A DNA stretch of 64,000 bases from Eledone cirrhosa (GCA_964016885.1 OZ024743.1:333870001-333934000), one strand, 5' to 3'. Positions 10,883-24,469 are shown, counted from the stretch's first letter. Numbers and translations: made by a program. The notes: a model not told the origin generated them from the letters alone.

Positions 10883-12008
10883 ATACTGGCATTGTCGGTT
10901 CCTATAGCCAGCAGATTTTTTATGTCTAATTTCATTTTCATTAATTCAGTTTTTAAGGCATCCACAATGCCACCTGCATCACATATTTCTAAAGATACTA
11001 TTTTGAGGTATGAAGGTACCACTTGTTTCTGACTTTCACTGTAATATATGATAACAATTCCTAACAGTTTATTTATAGACATATTCTGTTTGCGTAGGAG
11101 TCTAGTTATTGTCGTTCGCCTGGTCAAGATTAGAGATCAGTGATCAGTTTCTGGGGTCCACCGCGAGGAGGTTGACAAACTTAGGCCCCATAGATATATC
11201 ATTTGATTCATCTAATAATAGGCTAAATTTTCTATCTCCGGTATCAGAAATCAAATCGTCATCAAAATATGGAACTAGAACATTTCTTACAATATTTGCA
11301 CATTTTGAACTATGCAACTTGACATTGGACATGATATCACTATCTGATACATAATTCTTACACAAGTCTACGATGTAATCTCGGATTTTAAAGGATGAAT
11401 GGCAACACATAAACATTTTTGAATTTGCTTCAAACACAGTTGTCTTATCCTCTTTGGTTTTGATAAAATTGGTAAAAGGAATCACTTGCTGTGGGGTCGA
11501 TGTCTTATGTTTCTTTGTTTCAACAATGGCTTACTAAAAGAGAATATGTTGCCAAAAAATCACATCTACAACATTTGCAATGTTGTTGATTATTGCAATT
11601 ACTCGCTAGGTACTTCACACAGCCACTTACTAAACGCGGGCATCTTAAACGATTCCTTTCAGAATTTTTGACGGTACAGTCTTTTCTTTTTATTCATTGT
11701 GATATAGAAGCAAACAAGAAAATAAATTGAAAATACAACTTATCTGTTTGCTGCTAACAATAACCGACAGTTCTAAAACTTGGTTGCAAAATACTTAAAG
11801 AGAAGAAGGAAAAAAAAAAGAAGAGAAGAATAAAAAGGTTACTATTGTGGAAATGTCATGATTAGAGAAAAATGCTTAAAAAAATACTAAATAAACATTT
11901 CAAACTGTTTCTCTTCCCTGCTAAATGTTAGATTTGAAATTTTCCTGCTAAATGCTTAGAAAAAAAAGGTGCGTTGTGTGGGTGGGTGGGGTGGGGGGCT
12001 GATCTAGT

Positions 12009-12143
12009 AATAATTGTTTCTACTTTTGGCACAAGGCCAGAAATTACTCAGTGTATTACTGGTACTTTATTTTATCGACCCCGTAAGGATGAAAGGCAAA
12101 GTTAACCTTTGCGGGATTTGAACTCAGACCGTAAAGGGACGTA
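12009..12143 (-). mobile_element. SINE, partial
   Basis: Same family as 10692, reverse strand. Confidence 0.85.
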
Positions 12144-12719
12144 TTGGCAACACTAAATTCAAGTTCTTATTTGCAGTAATGAAAAAAAGAGAACATAGTT
12201 TGATATTAATGGTTTTTTTTTTTTGTGAAACACATTTTAACAATACTTAACAAATAGATAATATCTCTCTCTCACCCCCCCTCTCTCACTCTCTCTCTAT
12301 CATTGTCTGGAAGACATCTGGTGTATTCAGACCTGGAGAGGAGATGGGTTTCGTCAGGTTTAAAACAAAATGCCCTAGAAACGCCGTATGTTATACATTG
12401 GCCCTACGCCCCCCCCCCCCAGGAGTTACGAAAGAAAACAAACAAAAAACAAAACAATACTTAGCTAATAGAGAAACTTTGACACAATGTTCCAACTAAC
12501 AAGCAGAATTCTAAATATCCATAAAGTATATTTACTTACATTCACTTTCTTCTTCTTCTTCTGCTCCACCACCACCACCACCACCACCACCCCTCTAAGA
12601 CGTCATCGTATCCTATTATAGCTACTTTTATCTAAGTTCTTAATAGGACTTCCAGCTTCTTTGTTCCTCTTATTCTCTCTCTCCCCCTTCTTCTCCCCCT
12701 CTCTCTCGCTATATGTATG

Positions 12720-12796
<77 letters not shown>

Positions 12797-12827
12797 ATAC
12801 TTGTACACATTTGCTTATACATATATA

Positions 12828-13198
12828 TTTAGCAGCATGGTAAATTAAATGTTATTGAGACACGAGTAACATAATAATGATGTCAGCAGAAATTAGAGAT
12901 GAAATGTATGTTTATTTTTGTTGTAGCACAAATAATGTTGGTTAACTTGTATAGTTGAAGTTACACATAAAAAGAAGGTTACAAAAGGGAATGTGTCATT
13001 GCGCCGGAAGGTCGGCAGGCTAAGGTGCAAAATCTCACCGTCACATGTACGTGTTGCTGGTTCGAAGTCCCAGGTGCGCGAGAGAGATTTTCTTCAAATC
13101 TTCGCGGGTAATTTCTCTCTTGCTGGCGCTGATTGGCTGAGCTGAGCCAAATCACGCACAGAGAATGCATGTGAGCCCGCGGAATGTAGGTCACTACA
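12828..13198 (-). repeat. 3' LTR (~371 bp)
   Basis: Begins TGTAGTG right after PPT agaagggggg(tat); matches 17694-17967. Confidence 0.9.
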
Positions 13199-13715
13199 AT
13201 ACCCCCCTTCTAGACGGAAGTCGATACAGATTATTGAATCAGCAAGAAAAAGGTTCATGTCTGCAAGCATTAACACAGAAAAAAAAATGTACAGCAAAAG
13301 ATGCAAAATGCATGAAAAGGTAACACTCTTCGCAATAAAGGGGCCCCAAATGCGATAAAGACAAATAAATTTTTTGCTAGGCACTGAAAATGCCACATGT
13401 AGCATAGCTATAAAAATGCACTAAAAAAATGGACTGTGTCAGAATTGACAACAGTCGTAATGTTACGAAAAATAACATATATTGACACTGCCGTAGGCAG
13501 TCAAGAATCAAAAAGCAACACAATGAAATATACAGCAAAAACAATTGGAAGAAGAAAAGAATACAATTCAGTTTATATTACTGCATAGCTTACGAGGCCA
13601 ATATGCACCCTTCGCCCAGAACGGGTCGTAGTTCTGTATGTTGATGGGGGGGGGGGGGGAGAAGAAATAGTCGTATGTGGCAAAGAAAAAGAAGGGGGCA
13701 TTTGAGTTTCAAATG

Positions 13716-15308
13716 TCATTGTGTGTCATTGTCCAGGTTTGCTCGTTTGAGACGATCAACGGAAACCGTTTCCCTGGAACCCCGAATGTCCAGTGTGAAA
13801 TGTTTGTCTGTGCGAGCAAGCACACGATAGGGTCCAGAGTACGGCCGTCGAAGAGGGGGTCGCACGGCATCGTCTCTAACGAACACATGTGTCCACAAGG
13901 CAATATCCCTTGGGACGGCAGTTTTTACAGTCTGCTTCCTAGTGCCCATCGGTGGTAGATCCTTGAAATAAGAGTGAAGCCGGGACACATAGGAAGCGGG
14001 GTCCTGCGAAGTCAGGTCAAAAGGGGCTAGCATTTGCCCCGGTAACGCCAGAGGAGTACCATAAACTAATTCGGCAGAGAAGAGCCCAAGGTCGCCCTTT
14101 ACCGTCGACCGAATACCCAACAACACAATAGGTAGGTACTAGCTCCAAATTGAAGAGTCCATGGAAGCCCTTAAGGAGGCTTTGAGTTGCCTGTGGAATC
14201 TTTCCACCATTCCGTTTGATGCTGGATGATATGCCGTGGTTCTTATGCGAGTAGCGCCAATAATTTGTGTTAATTCACGGAAGAGGTTCGATTCAAATTG
14301 ACGACCGCGGTCCGTTGTTATTGTGGTTGGTACTCCAAAACAAGCGATCCATGCAGATACGAGAGTACGCGCTGTCGTTTCAGCAGTGATATCTGTCATA
14401 GGGATGGCTTCAGGCCAACGCGAAAAACGGTCAACGATCGTCAAAATATACGAATAACCACGACTAATCGGCCACGGGCCGACGATGTCCACATGAATGT
14501 GACGAAATCTGGCATCAGGACAGGTGAAAGTTCCGAGAGGAGTTTTAACGTGCTTATAAACTTTTGACTTTTGGCAAGCGACACAGGAACGGCACCAAGC
14601 AGCAATGTCACGTCTCATATCAGGCCAGAAAAATCTGGCTGTTATGAGTTTTACTGAGGCTGATACTCCTGGGTGAGAAATGCCATGTAAAGCAAGAAAC
14701 ACAGTTCGTCGATGTTCCACTGGGACTAGAGGTCGTGGTGAGTCCAACGAAACATCACACAGTATTTGTCCGTCAGCCGTTGAGATCGGAATGTATTTCA
14801 GTTTGCAATATACAAACTCTGGCGATGTAACATCCAACGATTCGAGAGTGGGTTGAGCAGCTGCCATTCGATGTAAATCTATCTCCTCGGAAGACGAAAT
14901 CGATGCGATCGGCAGGCGAGACAGCGCATCGACCGCTGTATTCAAAGAACCCGGAATATGTTGAATGTCGCTCGTGAACTGTGAGATGAAGTCCAGATGT
15001 CTCGTTTCTCTGGGCGAGTATTTGTCTGCTTTAGTTCGAAGAGCAAACGTCAAAGGTTTATGATCAGTGAAAATAGTGAACATTCTACCTTCAAGTACAT
15101 GAGCAAAATGTTTCACTGATAAATAAATTGCTAATAGCTCCCTGCCAAAGGTGCTATAGCGAGTTTCGGCAGGCTTTAACTGTCTCGAAAAGAACTCGAG
15201 TGGTTGCTGCAACCCCTCACACTTCTGCTGTAAGACTGCGCCCACGGCGCTATCCGAAGCATCAACATAGAGCGACAGCTCGGCGTTGGGCATGGGGTGG
15301 GCGAGCAA
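13716..15308 (-). pseudogene. Gypsy RNase H + integrase (in-frame stop ~14139)
   Basis: DASD, ELLAI, TDHKPL; HHCC; [21 protein letters not shown]; GPY motif. Confidence 0.93.
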
Positions 15309-16294
15309 AGATGAGTCGCTAACGCTTTCTTCACTCTCTCAAAATCCGCCAGGTGCGTTGCATTTAATGAAATGTTCATATTCTTCTGTCGACAGTTTTT
15401 AACAATTTCTGTCAGCGAGGACAGTAAGCTGGAACAATTAGGCACGAATCGCCTATAAAAATTCACAAGGCCCAAGAATTGCCGTAATTGTCGAAGCGAA
15501 CTTGGCGGAGGCAAATCCAAAATTGCCTTAACTTTTTCCGGAAGGGGCCGAATACCATCAGCATCAATAAGATGGCCCAAAAATGTTAGCGATGTCGAGC
15601 CGAAAACACACTTAGCGGCATTAACACGAACATTATATTTCTGTAAACGCCGAAATAAGATATCCAAATGTTTGGAATGTTGTTCAGGAGAAGAACTAGC
15701 AATCAGTACATCATCAATATACGTGTAAACAAAATCGAGACCACGAGTGACATCATCCATGAATCGTTGGAAAGTACTTGCAGCATTTCTAAGTCCGAAA
15801 GGCATAGTGAGGAACTCGAATGATCCGAAAGGAGTGGCAATAGCAGTCTTTGGGATATCCTCCTTTTTAACCGGAATTTGATTATAAGCGCGGATCAAAT
15901 CAAGCTTAGAAAAGATTCTGCAACCCTGCAATGACGATGCAAAATCCTGTAAATGCGGGATTGGATAACGGTCAGGCACAGTAATCGCGTTTAAGCGTCG
16001 GTAGTCACCCGTCGGTCTCCAATCACCAGAAGATTTAAGTACCATATGCAGAGGCGATGCCCAAGGACTTGTGGAACGCCGAATTATTCATAATTCCAGC
16101 ATGTGGTCGAATTCAAGACGTGCAGCTTTCAACTTCTCTGCAGATAATCTTCGAGGACGTGAGAAAACGGGTGGACCTGTAGTGGATATAAAGTGTTCAA
16201 TCACATGATCCGGACTAACAATTCGTAATCTTCCTTGCGTCAGCTGTGGGAATGATTTTAACAAACTGTGATACTGGTTGCCCACTTCAGCCAA
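15176..16294 (-). pseudogene. Gypsy reverse transcriptase, disrupted
   Basis: [30 protein letters not shown]; stop at ~16088 and frameshift before RNase H. Confidence 0.93.
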
Positions 16295-16386
16295 GAAAAA
16301 AGCAGGGCTTACTGTGGCGATTCGTACGTTCGAATGGCCGTGTTGTTGATTGCTCGTAAATTGATATTTGATTCAGATGGGTTTTT

Positions 16387-17343
16387 TTAAAGATAACTGA
16401 CTGGCCAAATACTTAGTGACGCGCCAGTGTCGACAAGAAAAAACTTTTTTGACTGCAGATCGTACACAAAAAGATGACGGTTTGGTCGAGTTTCCCAGAG
16501 TTCACTAGCTGCCCCTAGTGGCTCTGATTGACGTTTTTCCGAACTCCTATAGTTGCAAGGCGCCCGACAGCGCTGCGCCCGACTGCCAAAGTTAACATGA
16601 TACCAACAAATCGAAGAATTACTGCTGCCTGAAGTGTAGTGTTGGCGAGGAACAGAAGACGGTGGCGAACGGTACTCGTAGCGGTTTCGAGGAATAGCAG
16701 ACGGAGGCGAACGGTACCTTAAACGTTGAGAAGGCTCTCTATGTTGTACAGTCAAATCTTCTACCTTTTTGGTGAGAGCTTCAATCAACTCCAACAGTCT
16801 GCTGTCGGCCACAGAAGAATTGCGTGGGGGGACGCAAGCCGAAGCCACATAAGGATTATGCCGATTGCTGTTCGAATCCACCTCAAGTATTCTATCCGCG
16901 GACGCGGCAAGTTGCTCTAACGACTCCCTCTCCAAACTATTAACCAAAATCCTTTGCGCACTTGGCGGTAAACGTGAGAAAAAGAGCTGCTTTATGAAGG
17001 GGGTGTCAATCCCCTGGGAGTCGCTCAACTCCCGCAAATGTCGCAAATAGGAGCTCGGCTTCCTGTCACCCATTTGAGCATCGTCCAACAACTCCTGAAA
17101 ACGACTCTCTACCGACTTGGTATTTCGACGAAGAATTTCGTTTTTTAATGAGCCGTAGGTAACGTCGGCGTCCAAATCCGTCACAACGTCCTTCACCGAG
17201 AATGCCAAGGAAACAGGTAGGCCATTGATCAGGACCTTCAGCTTATGCTGTTCTTTTGTCTGTGTTAATTCAAAGAAACATTCCAGCTGCGCAAACCACA
17301 ACTTGATGTCGCCTACGAAGGACGGCAAATGATGTTGACTCAT
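16387..17343 (-). CDS. Gypsy Gag with start of aspartic protease
   Basis: WFAQLE, CWYH..FG..A..C..PC knuckle, FLVDTGA; protease truncated. Confidence 0.88.
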   Translation of the reverse strand: MSQHHLPSFVGDIKLWFAQLECFFELTQTKEQHKLKVLINGLPVSLAFSVKDVVTDLDADVTYGSLKNEILRRNTKSVESRFQELLDDAQMGDRKPSSYLRHLRELSDSQGIDTPFIKQLFFSRLPPSAQRILVNSLERESLEQLAASADRILEVDSNSNRHNPYVASACVPPRNSSVADSRLLELIEALTKKVEDLTVQHREPSQRLRYRSPPSAIPRNRYEYRSPPSSVPRQHYTSGSSNSSICWYHVNFGSRAQRCRAPCNYRSSEKRQSEPLGAASELWETRPNRHLFVYDLQSKKFFLVDTGASLSIWPVSYL

Positions 17344-17677
17344 GGTGCCACGTATTTGATGAATTTTTGGTGTTGGTTAATAGTTAGCCAGGTGTTGCTG
17401 CTGATGGCTGGTACTTGGTGGTAGCCGTTTTGAAATACTGCTAATTTTTTTTTCTTAAAAAAAAAACATTTGATTAAAAAAAAAAATCATTTTCCATGAA
17501 AGTTATGACAGAAATATTGTGCAGGCCACGTGCTTCAACAAATGAAATATTATGAATTTTATGGACTTACGCTAAGTGAGTCTAGCTACCAGATTCGAAC
17601 ACTCCAAATGTTAAGCCACTCCACATTGCCGTTAAAACGAATGGCGAATTCAAATAGGCTGCGTTTTCATACTTAAT

Positions 17678-17692
17678 CGTCGAAGGTCACCA
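17678..17692 (-). promoter_or_regulatory. Primer binding site, tRNA-Trp-like
   Basis: TGGTGACCTTCGACG next to the 5' LTR versus canonical TGGTGACCCCGACG. Confidence 0.7.
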
Positions 17693-17693
17693 A

Positions 17694-17967
17694 TTTAGCA
17701 GCATGGTAAATTAAATGTTATTGAGACACGAGTAACATAATAATGATGTCAGCAGCAGAAATTAGAGATGAAATGTATGTTTATTTTTGTTGTAGCACAA
17801 ATAATGTTGGTTAACTTGTATGGTTGAAGTTACACATAAAAAGAAGGTTACAAAAGGGAATGTGTCATTGCGCCGGAAGGTCGGCAGGTTAAGGTGCAAA
17901 ATCTCACCGTCACATGTACGTGTTGCTGGTTCGAAGTCCCAGGTGCGAGAGAGAGATTTTCTTCAAA
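17694..17967 (-). repeat. 5' LTR, missing ~100 bp of its outer end
   Basis: Identity to the 3' LTR stops at gagattttcttcaaa, where PLE 3' sequence begins. Confidence 0.9.
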
Positions 17968-19022
17968 ACATTTGTTTTTTTTTTTTGACGTTGGAATATT
18001 CATCCGCAATCATTATTATTTTTTCTCTCTATCATAAAACTTTTTAATCTCAATTTCATCCTTAATTTATTATTTTTTTCTCCCCATCAATGAACTCATT
18101 CTTAATACATATTAACTCTTTATTCGCATATATTATCAATTCCTTCAATATACAAACTTTAACTTCACATTATTTTTCTCAAATCCTTCTACACACAAAC
18201 CTTAATAATTTTTCTCTTCGTTAATTTTAAAATTGCCACAATACTTATCAACATACACTTTTTTTGACGTTAGAATATTCATCCACAATTATTATTTTTT
18301 CTCTCTATCTTCATACATAAATTCCCTTCGTTAATTTTCAAATTCCTTTAATTTATACATTATCTTCCAACGGTTCTCAACCTCTCTATGTAAAACAATA
18401 TATCTTTTTCTCAGTTATAAAACTATCTCTTTCTCTCTATCACCCATCTCTCCCTCTCCACCTTCACTCTCATCTCCTCCCCCTTTTTTCATCCTCCCCC
18501 CCCCCTCCCTAAATAAAATATTTTTTCCTCGCACATATCCTCCCTTCGTTAATTTTCAAATTCTTTTAATTTATACATTATCTTCCAACGGTTTTCAACC
18601 TCTCTATGTAAAACAATATATCTCCTCTCAGTTATAAAAACTATCTCTTTCTCTCTATCACCCATCTCTCCCTCTCATCTCCTCCCCTTTTTCATCCTTT
18701 CCACCCCCCCCCTCTCTAAATAAAATATTTTTCCCAATATCACACATCAATCTAAAACCACTTTTCATATGTTGATTTAAAACTGCACTATCCACAAGTG
18801 TTTTTTAGCCTTCATATCATGTTCTCCTGTTTTATCTGATGAAAACACAAATATTATTGCATGATGATGTTTGTTTTTGAAATGCGCATAATAAAATACA
18901 TGGAACTCCTTTAACCATCTTTTGATCTTATATTATGTATACTCCAGTCCTACAAACTGTAGAGTGCTTCTTATCCGATATCTGCATTGCTTTATTGTAC
19001 TACAATAAAACTCCCCTCCTAC
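17968..19022 (+). mobile_element. PLE family A 3' UTR + pLTR
   Basis: Reverse-complement similarity to 39570-40280, which lies downstream of a GIY-YIG ORF; contains an HHR. Confidence 0.8.
18830..18896 (+). ncRNA. Minimal type I hammerhead ribozyme (family A)
   Basis: ttttat CTGATGA aaacacaaat...tttgttttt GAAA tgcgca TA ataaaa. Confidence 0.8.
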
Positions 19023-19024
19023 AT

Positions 19025-19167
<143 letters not shown>

Positions 19168-19184
19168 GTGTATATATATATGTG

Positions 19185-19217
<33 letters not shown>

Positions 19218-19256
19218 GTGTATGTATATATATATATATGTGTGTATATATATATA

Positions 19257-19301
<45 letters not shown>

Positions 19302-19585
19302 ATATATAAGAAGAAGATTAACTACTAGATATAGCTGCAGGGTTTTATTGGTCTCACCTCCCACTTGAAGAAAATTTCATCAACACATGACAGCCTCACC
19401 ATAAAACCAAAAACCTAGCAAATGCTATTCAACGTAGAATAAATGCAACAACTGAAGAAAATTATATATTTTTTCCATAATACATGTAGGCATATGAATA
19501 TTGTTGGCAAATTTTCCACTGCAAAATTGTGATATCGGAGAATCACTTAGATGGTAAATTCAATAAATGCCATCACAGATGTAAA

Positions 19586-20187
19586 ATAATTGTTTCTATT
19601 TTAGGCACAAGGCCAGCAAATACCCAGTACATTACTGGTACTTTATTTTATCGACCGCGTAAGGATGAAAGGCAAAGTTAACCTCGACGGGATTTGAATT
19701 CAGATCGTAAAGGGACGTAACTATGCTGGAAAGCATGTCTGACCCTCTACCGATACTGCCAATTCACCGTAAAATAATGATTTCTGATTTAGGCACAAGG
19801 TCAACAATTTTAGGAGAAGGGAAAGTCGATTAAATCGACCCCAGTGCGTTACTGGTACCTTATTTTATCTACCCCGTAAGGATGAAAGGTAACCTTGGCG
19901 GGATTTGAACTCAGCACGTTAAGGGCCATAACTCTATGCCGTAAAGCATGTTGTCCGACACTCTACCGATACTACCAATAGGTTTCTGATTTAGGCACAA
20001 GGCTAACGATTTTGAGTGAGGGGAAATCGATTAAATGCCCCCAGTGCTTTACTGGTACCTTATTTTATCGACCCATTAAGGATGAAAGGTAAAGCTAACC
20101 TAGGCGGAATTTGAACTCAAAACGTAAAGGGACGTAACTATATGCCGCAAAGCATGTTGTCCGACGGTCTTCCAATACTGACAATCC
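19586..20187 (-). mobile_element. Three head-to-tail SINE copies
   Basis: Core ttttatc.acc...aaggatgaaagg occurs three times at ~200-bp spacing. Confidence 0.88.
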
Positions 20188-20724
20188 AACAATAATAACA
20201 ATAATAATTATAATAAACTGTCAATTCAAATTTATGAAAAGTTTGAAGAAAAGAGGATGAAGATTACGTTAACCAAGGAGATTCTTTGGAAACAACAATA
20301 AAACATACTTGCAAGTCATTGAAAACACGTCATTAATGCATGGCCTAAAGTATTTGGCATAATGAGTCTCTCAACCGTGAATTGTTTTGCATGATTTCAC
20401 TGAGGAACAATAATTTTTCAAATCAGATGATGTTCAAGCAAGAATTAGGACTTTGAGTGTTTTAGACAAGGAAAATTATATTTGAATTTATCATCATTGA
20501 AATCATCGATGGCATGGCTAAGATTACAATTTCTTCTTCATTGATGAACCTGGAGGATAAGAACAGCGAGGAAATATTAATATTCGATCTGGTTTCTTAA
20601 AATTGGTGATAGAACTCTACAAAATGGTGTAACGTTGGAAGCTTATATTGAAAAAAAATTCTTAATTTTAAACCAAATTTAGGCTGCAGGTTCGGGAAAA
20701 AGACTGCAACAGCTTCTGAAGAAA

Positions 20725-20914
20725 ATAATTGTTTCTACTTTTAGCACAAGGCCAGCAATTATCTCAGTGTATTACTAGTACTTCATTTTATCGACTCAAT
20801 AAGGATGAAAGGAAAAGTTAACCTCAGCGGCATTTAAACTCAGACCGTAAAGGGCCGTAACTCTATGCTGCAAAGCATAGCATCCAACCCTCTACTGATA
20901 CTGCCAATCCACCA
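20725..20914 (-). mobile_element. SINE with 14-bp TSD
   Basis: ctgaagaaaataat on both sides. Confidence 0.9.
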
Positions 20915-21199
20915 CTGAAGAAAATAATATTAGTAAAAAGGCACAACATTTTTTACTCTGTCTTAATGCCCGTCCAAGTATTAGACTGGTGTTCTATCCA
21001 GGGAAAATCTTGTACTCTCAGTCGCTTAATGTCATGGAAGCTCTGACTTAGAACAGACTTTAACTAACACCGAAAGAAGTATAACTAAAAACATAAATGG
21101 CGAATTCCTGGTTGTAACAAGTTGTAAAATGCAAAGTTTCAACACAGATCATTCTCACCACAAGAAAGACACATAATACATATTTAATTATTGAACCAG

Positions 21200-21392
21200 G
21201 GCGGTGGATTGGCAGTATCGGTAGAGGGTCGGACACCATGCTTTGCAGCATAGAGTTACGGCCCTTTATGATCTGAGTTCAAATCCGGCCGAGGTTAACT
21301 TTGCCTATCATCCTAACAGGGTCGATACAATAAAGTACCAGTAATGCACTGGATTAATTGCTGGCATTGTGCCAAAGGTAGAAACAATTATT
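21200..21392 (+). mobile_element. SINE with TSD aattattgaacca
   Basis: Full family sequence. Confidence 0.9.
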
Positions 21393-21454
21393 GAACCATA
21401 TTCCCGGTAATGCCACAACAAAAAAAATAATTGTAAGATTGACACACCTCCGTA

Positions 21455-21640
21455 AAATCAGAACGTCAGCAGTACGTCTGAAAAAGGAGTCCCACGATGG
21501 GGGGTGGCTGTTGCAGCAGGTGTCGCTGGCTATTGTCCGTGGAAATGCCTTTGCAGTTTTGTCCCTGGGCGCATCCGAAACACCGCCTCACCATAGACAT
21601 AGAGCCTGTCACCCTCTCCCTTTCCCCCTCTCTTTCTTCC
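21455..21640 (+). mobile_element. CRE-clade non-LTR retrotransposon 3' remnant
   Basis: WLLQQVSLAIVRGNAFAVLS resembles the CRE RLE C-terminal QRxSxAIxRGNA motif. Confidence 0.55.
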
Positions 21641-21699
21641 ATGGCCCAATAGCCCATGCTCTTTCCCTCCTTTCCTTCTTATTTATGACCTTTATAGTT

Positions 21700-21912
21700 C
21701 TTTCTAATATAGGTAGAGGGCCAACAAATTTGAGGAAGAGTAAAATCGATTAAATCGACCCCAGTGCATTACTGGTACTTTATTTAATCGACGTCGTAAG
21801 GATGAAAGGCAAGGGTAACCTCGGCAGGATTTGAAATCAGATCGTAAAAGGCCGTAACTCTATGCCACAAAGCATTTTGTCCGACGCTCCACCGATACTG
21901 TCAATCCACCAC
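21700..21912 (-). mobile_element. SINE
   Basis: Family core on reverse strand. Confidence 0.85.
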
Positions 21913-22639
21913 CTTTATTATTGAACCATATTCCCGGTGATGTCACAGCAAAATATAATTGTAGGATTGACATACAAGTGACAAGGAATCGACAATAAAT
22001 TTCCTTGTTGAGTTCTTGCATGAAGAACTGGGCCCCCATGTGCTTAGTAAGAGATGAGGAGAGCGAGAGTGACGGAGGTAGTAAGTGAAAGTATTTTACT
22101 ACATCTTGTTTTGTGGATGAGCTCTAGCCCACGGCGATGGAAGCATCCACCTAGTCACTCAATTTGGAAGAAATAACCCCAATAATGACACACTCATTAT
22201 TGATTTCAAGGAAAACTCTGTGAGTCAAGCGTCTTCACAAAAAATATTTTGATGAAGAAATTACATTTGATATTTTATATTAAAATGTACGTTTGTTTAA
22301 TGTAATAGGTGAATCGATTAACAAGATCCCAGACCTCATTCGCTTTCCAATTTGTGTGGAGCTCGTCAAAGTAGACCAAAGAAACAATGTTTCCATTGGT
22401 CTTTCCATTGTTGATACTATCTAATGGCCACAACTCCTGGCAGAAGGAGCAACGTGAAATAAAGTGTCTTGCTCGTCCTGTCAGGGAATCGAACTCGCAA
22501 CCTTACGATTGCAAATCCAATTATCTAATTACAAAGCAATAACGCTATAATATATGCATATCTATATGCACCTATCACACACATAGACATATACATAAAC
22601 ATACACATAGATGTGTGTTTATATAATGTAATCTGTACT

Positions 22640-22769
22640 TACAGTAAGGTTCCGTAACTCCTGGTGGAGTCCGTCTCCTCTCTACGTCTGAATACAGTAG
22701 ATTTCTTCCGGAGATGGATAGAGAGAGTAATAGAGAGTGCGAGAGAGAGAAAGAGAAAGAGTGTGTATG

Positions 22770-22855
<86 letters not shown>

Positions 22856-22996
22856 GAAGAATTGACTCCAGTACTAGACTGGTACTTTTTCTATCGACCT
22901 TGAATGGATAAAAAGCAAAGTTGACCTCGGCGGGATTTGAGAGCCAGAACGAATACCGCATTCTATCCGGCGTTCAACGTTCTAATTCGCCGCCCA
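22640..22996 (-). mobile_element. SINE subfamily with (GA)n linker and extra tail; relatives at 55030-55370 and 12300-12435
   Basis: Shared core plus shared tail tgt.ttcagac...caggagttacg. Confidence 0.65.
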
Positions 22997-24199
22997 TATG
23001 CGTGTATAATGTAATGTAAATTTAACGCGAGAATATAAGCTTATCTATACACATCTATCTATACATATACATACATAAATTGACATTTCCAAGGATACTG
23101 CTTTCAAGGAATTGCAAATGCATACAAGATATTTGTCAGGGAATATAAAAGCAGCAACTATTCTGTTAAAATATATTTATAGCTGAATATTAAATTAAAA
23201 ATTACTACCCTTTATTCTGCGTTAGAAAATGAATTGGAAACCTAATTAAGTTTTTAACGTTTTAATTCCTTTCATACGTTGTACGAATTCCTCTATAAAC
23301 AATAACGAGAATATAGAACATCATATGGAAGTAAATTAGAAGTTAGGGCTATTTTTTTTAGATTGCCTTCTGGTGATCTTTTATGTTAGTCACGTGTACT
23401 ATCCCTTCTCATCTTATCTCACATCTCTCTGTATCTCTGCCTCTCTGCCTCTCTCTATCCCTGTCTCTCTCTGTCTGTATGTCTCTTTCTCTCTCTGTAT
23501 CTCTCGATCTGTCTCTCTCTCTATCTTTGTCTCTCTGCCTCTCTCTATCCCTGTCTCTCTCTGTCTCTCTGTCTCTCTCTCTGTATCTCTAGATCTGTCT
23601 CTCTCTGTATCTCTGTCTCTTTCTCTCTCTTTCTCTCCCTGTCTCTCTGTATATATTTGTCTCTCTCTGTCTCTCTCCGCCTCTGTCTCTCTTTTTGTCT
23701 CTCTCTGACTCTGTTTCTCTTTCTCTGTCTTTCCCGTTCTGTCTCTCTATGTATTTCCCTCTGTCTCTCGCTGTCTCTCTGACCCTCTTTCACTGTCTCT
23801 CTCTTTCTCGCTTCCCTCCATGTTTTCTCTTCCTTTCGCTCTCTTTCTATCTATTACACAGGAAGTTTTAAATGGATCTCCGTCGGTTTCAACGATAAGT
23901 ATTCCAGTTGATATGATTAACGGAACAGCCTACTCATGAAATTAGCGTGTAAGTGGCTGAGTATACCGCAGACAGATGTAGCCTTCTCTGGGCAATGCAA
24001 TTTCATGCATAAGGCTGATATTACATAATATTGAATCCAGGCTGCGTGACGGCTTAAAACAAGCCGTTGGAAAAGCTAAAAATAGAAGCTCGGATCTTAT
24101 AAACCACATATGCTCTCATGCACACTTCTGCATTGTTGATGGGACCATTAAGAAGTGTGCACATATCACTGTATGTGGGTTGGTGTCTGTAGAGTAGTC

Positions 24200-24345
24200 T
24201 CCTCTTTTATTTCCGTTATAGGGTCTAGCTTTAGCTAAGATCTCCCACTGTAACCTGTATCGGATGTCATTATCTTTTAAACTCCATATATAGGCCGAAA
24301 GTGAAGTCAGTTTCAGATGATCCCGCTTAGAGTGAAAGCAACATG
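24200..24345 (-). mobile_element. PLE GIY-YIG fragment
   Basis: TSLSAYIWSLKDNDIRYRLQWEILAKARPY. Confidence 0.75.
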
Positions 24346-24469
24346 AATATAATCCGTTTTCCATAACAAAATACCATAAACCTGCGTTCTTTTGAACACT
24401 AAAAAATGTTTATTTTTATAAAGGTTCTGTTTGAAGAACGGGAACAATAATGGATGTGTGCAAAATATT

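Larger units (their letters stand above)
9339..12153 (-). mobile_element. Decayed hAT-family DNA transposon (Blackjack-like TIRs), interrupted by SINEs
   Basis: Transposase fragments FSLLLDESNDIS, LAIGTDNAS, CATRWLSIE in ORFs 11144..11485, 10807..11127, 10387..10602; candidate TIRs agggttgccaa / ttggcaacact. Confidence 0.75.
12828..17967 (-). mobile_element. Gypsy/Ty3 LTR retrotransposon, decayed
   Basis: Two near-identical LTRs; gag-PR-RT-RH-IN order; tRNA-Trp-like PBS; polypurine tract. Confidence 0.97.
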
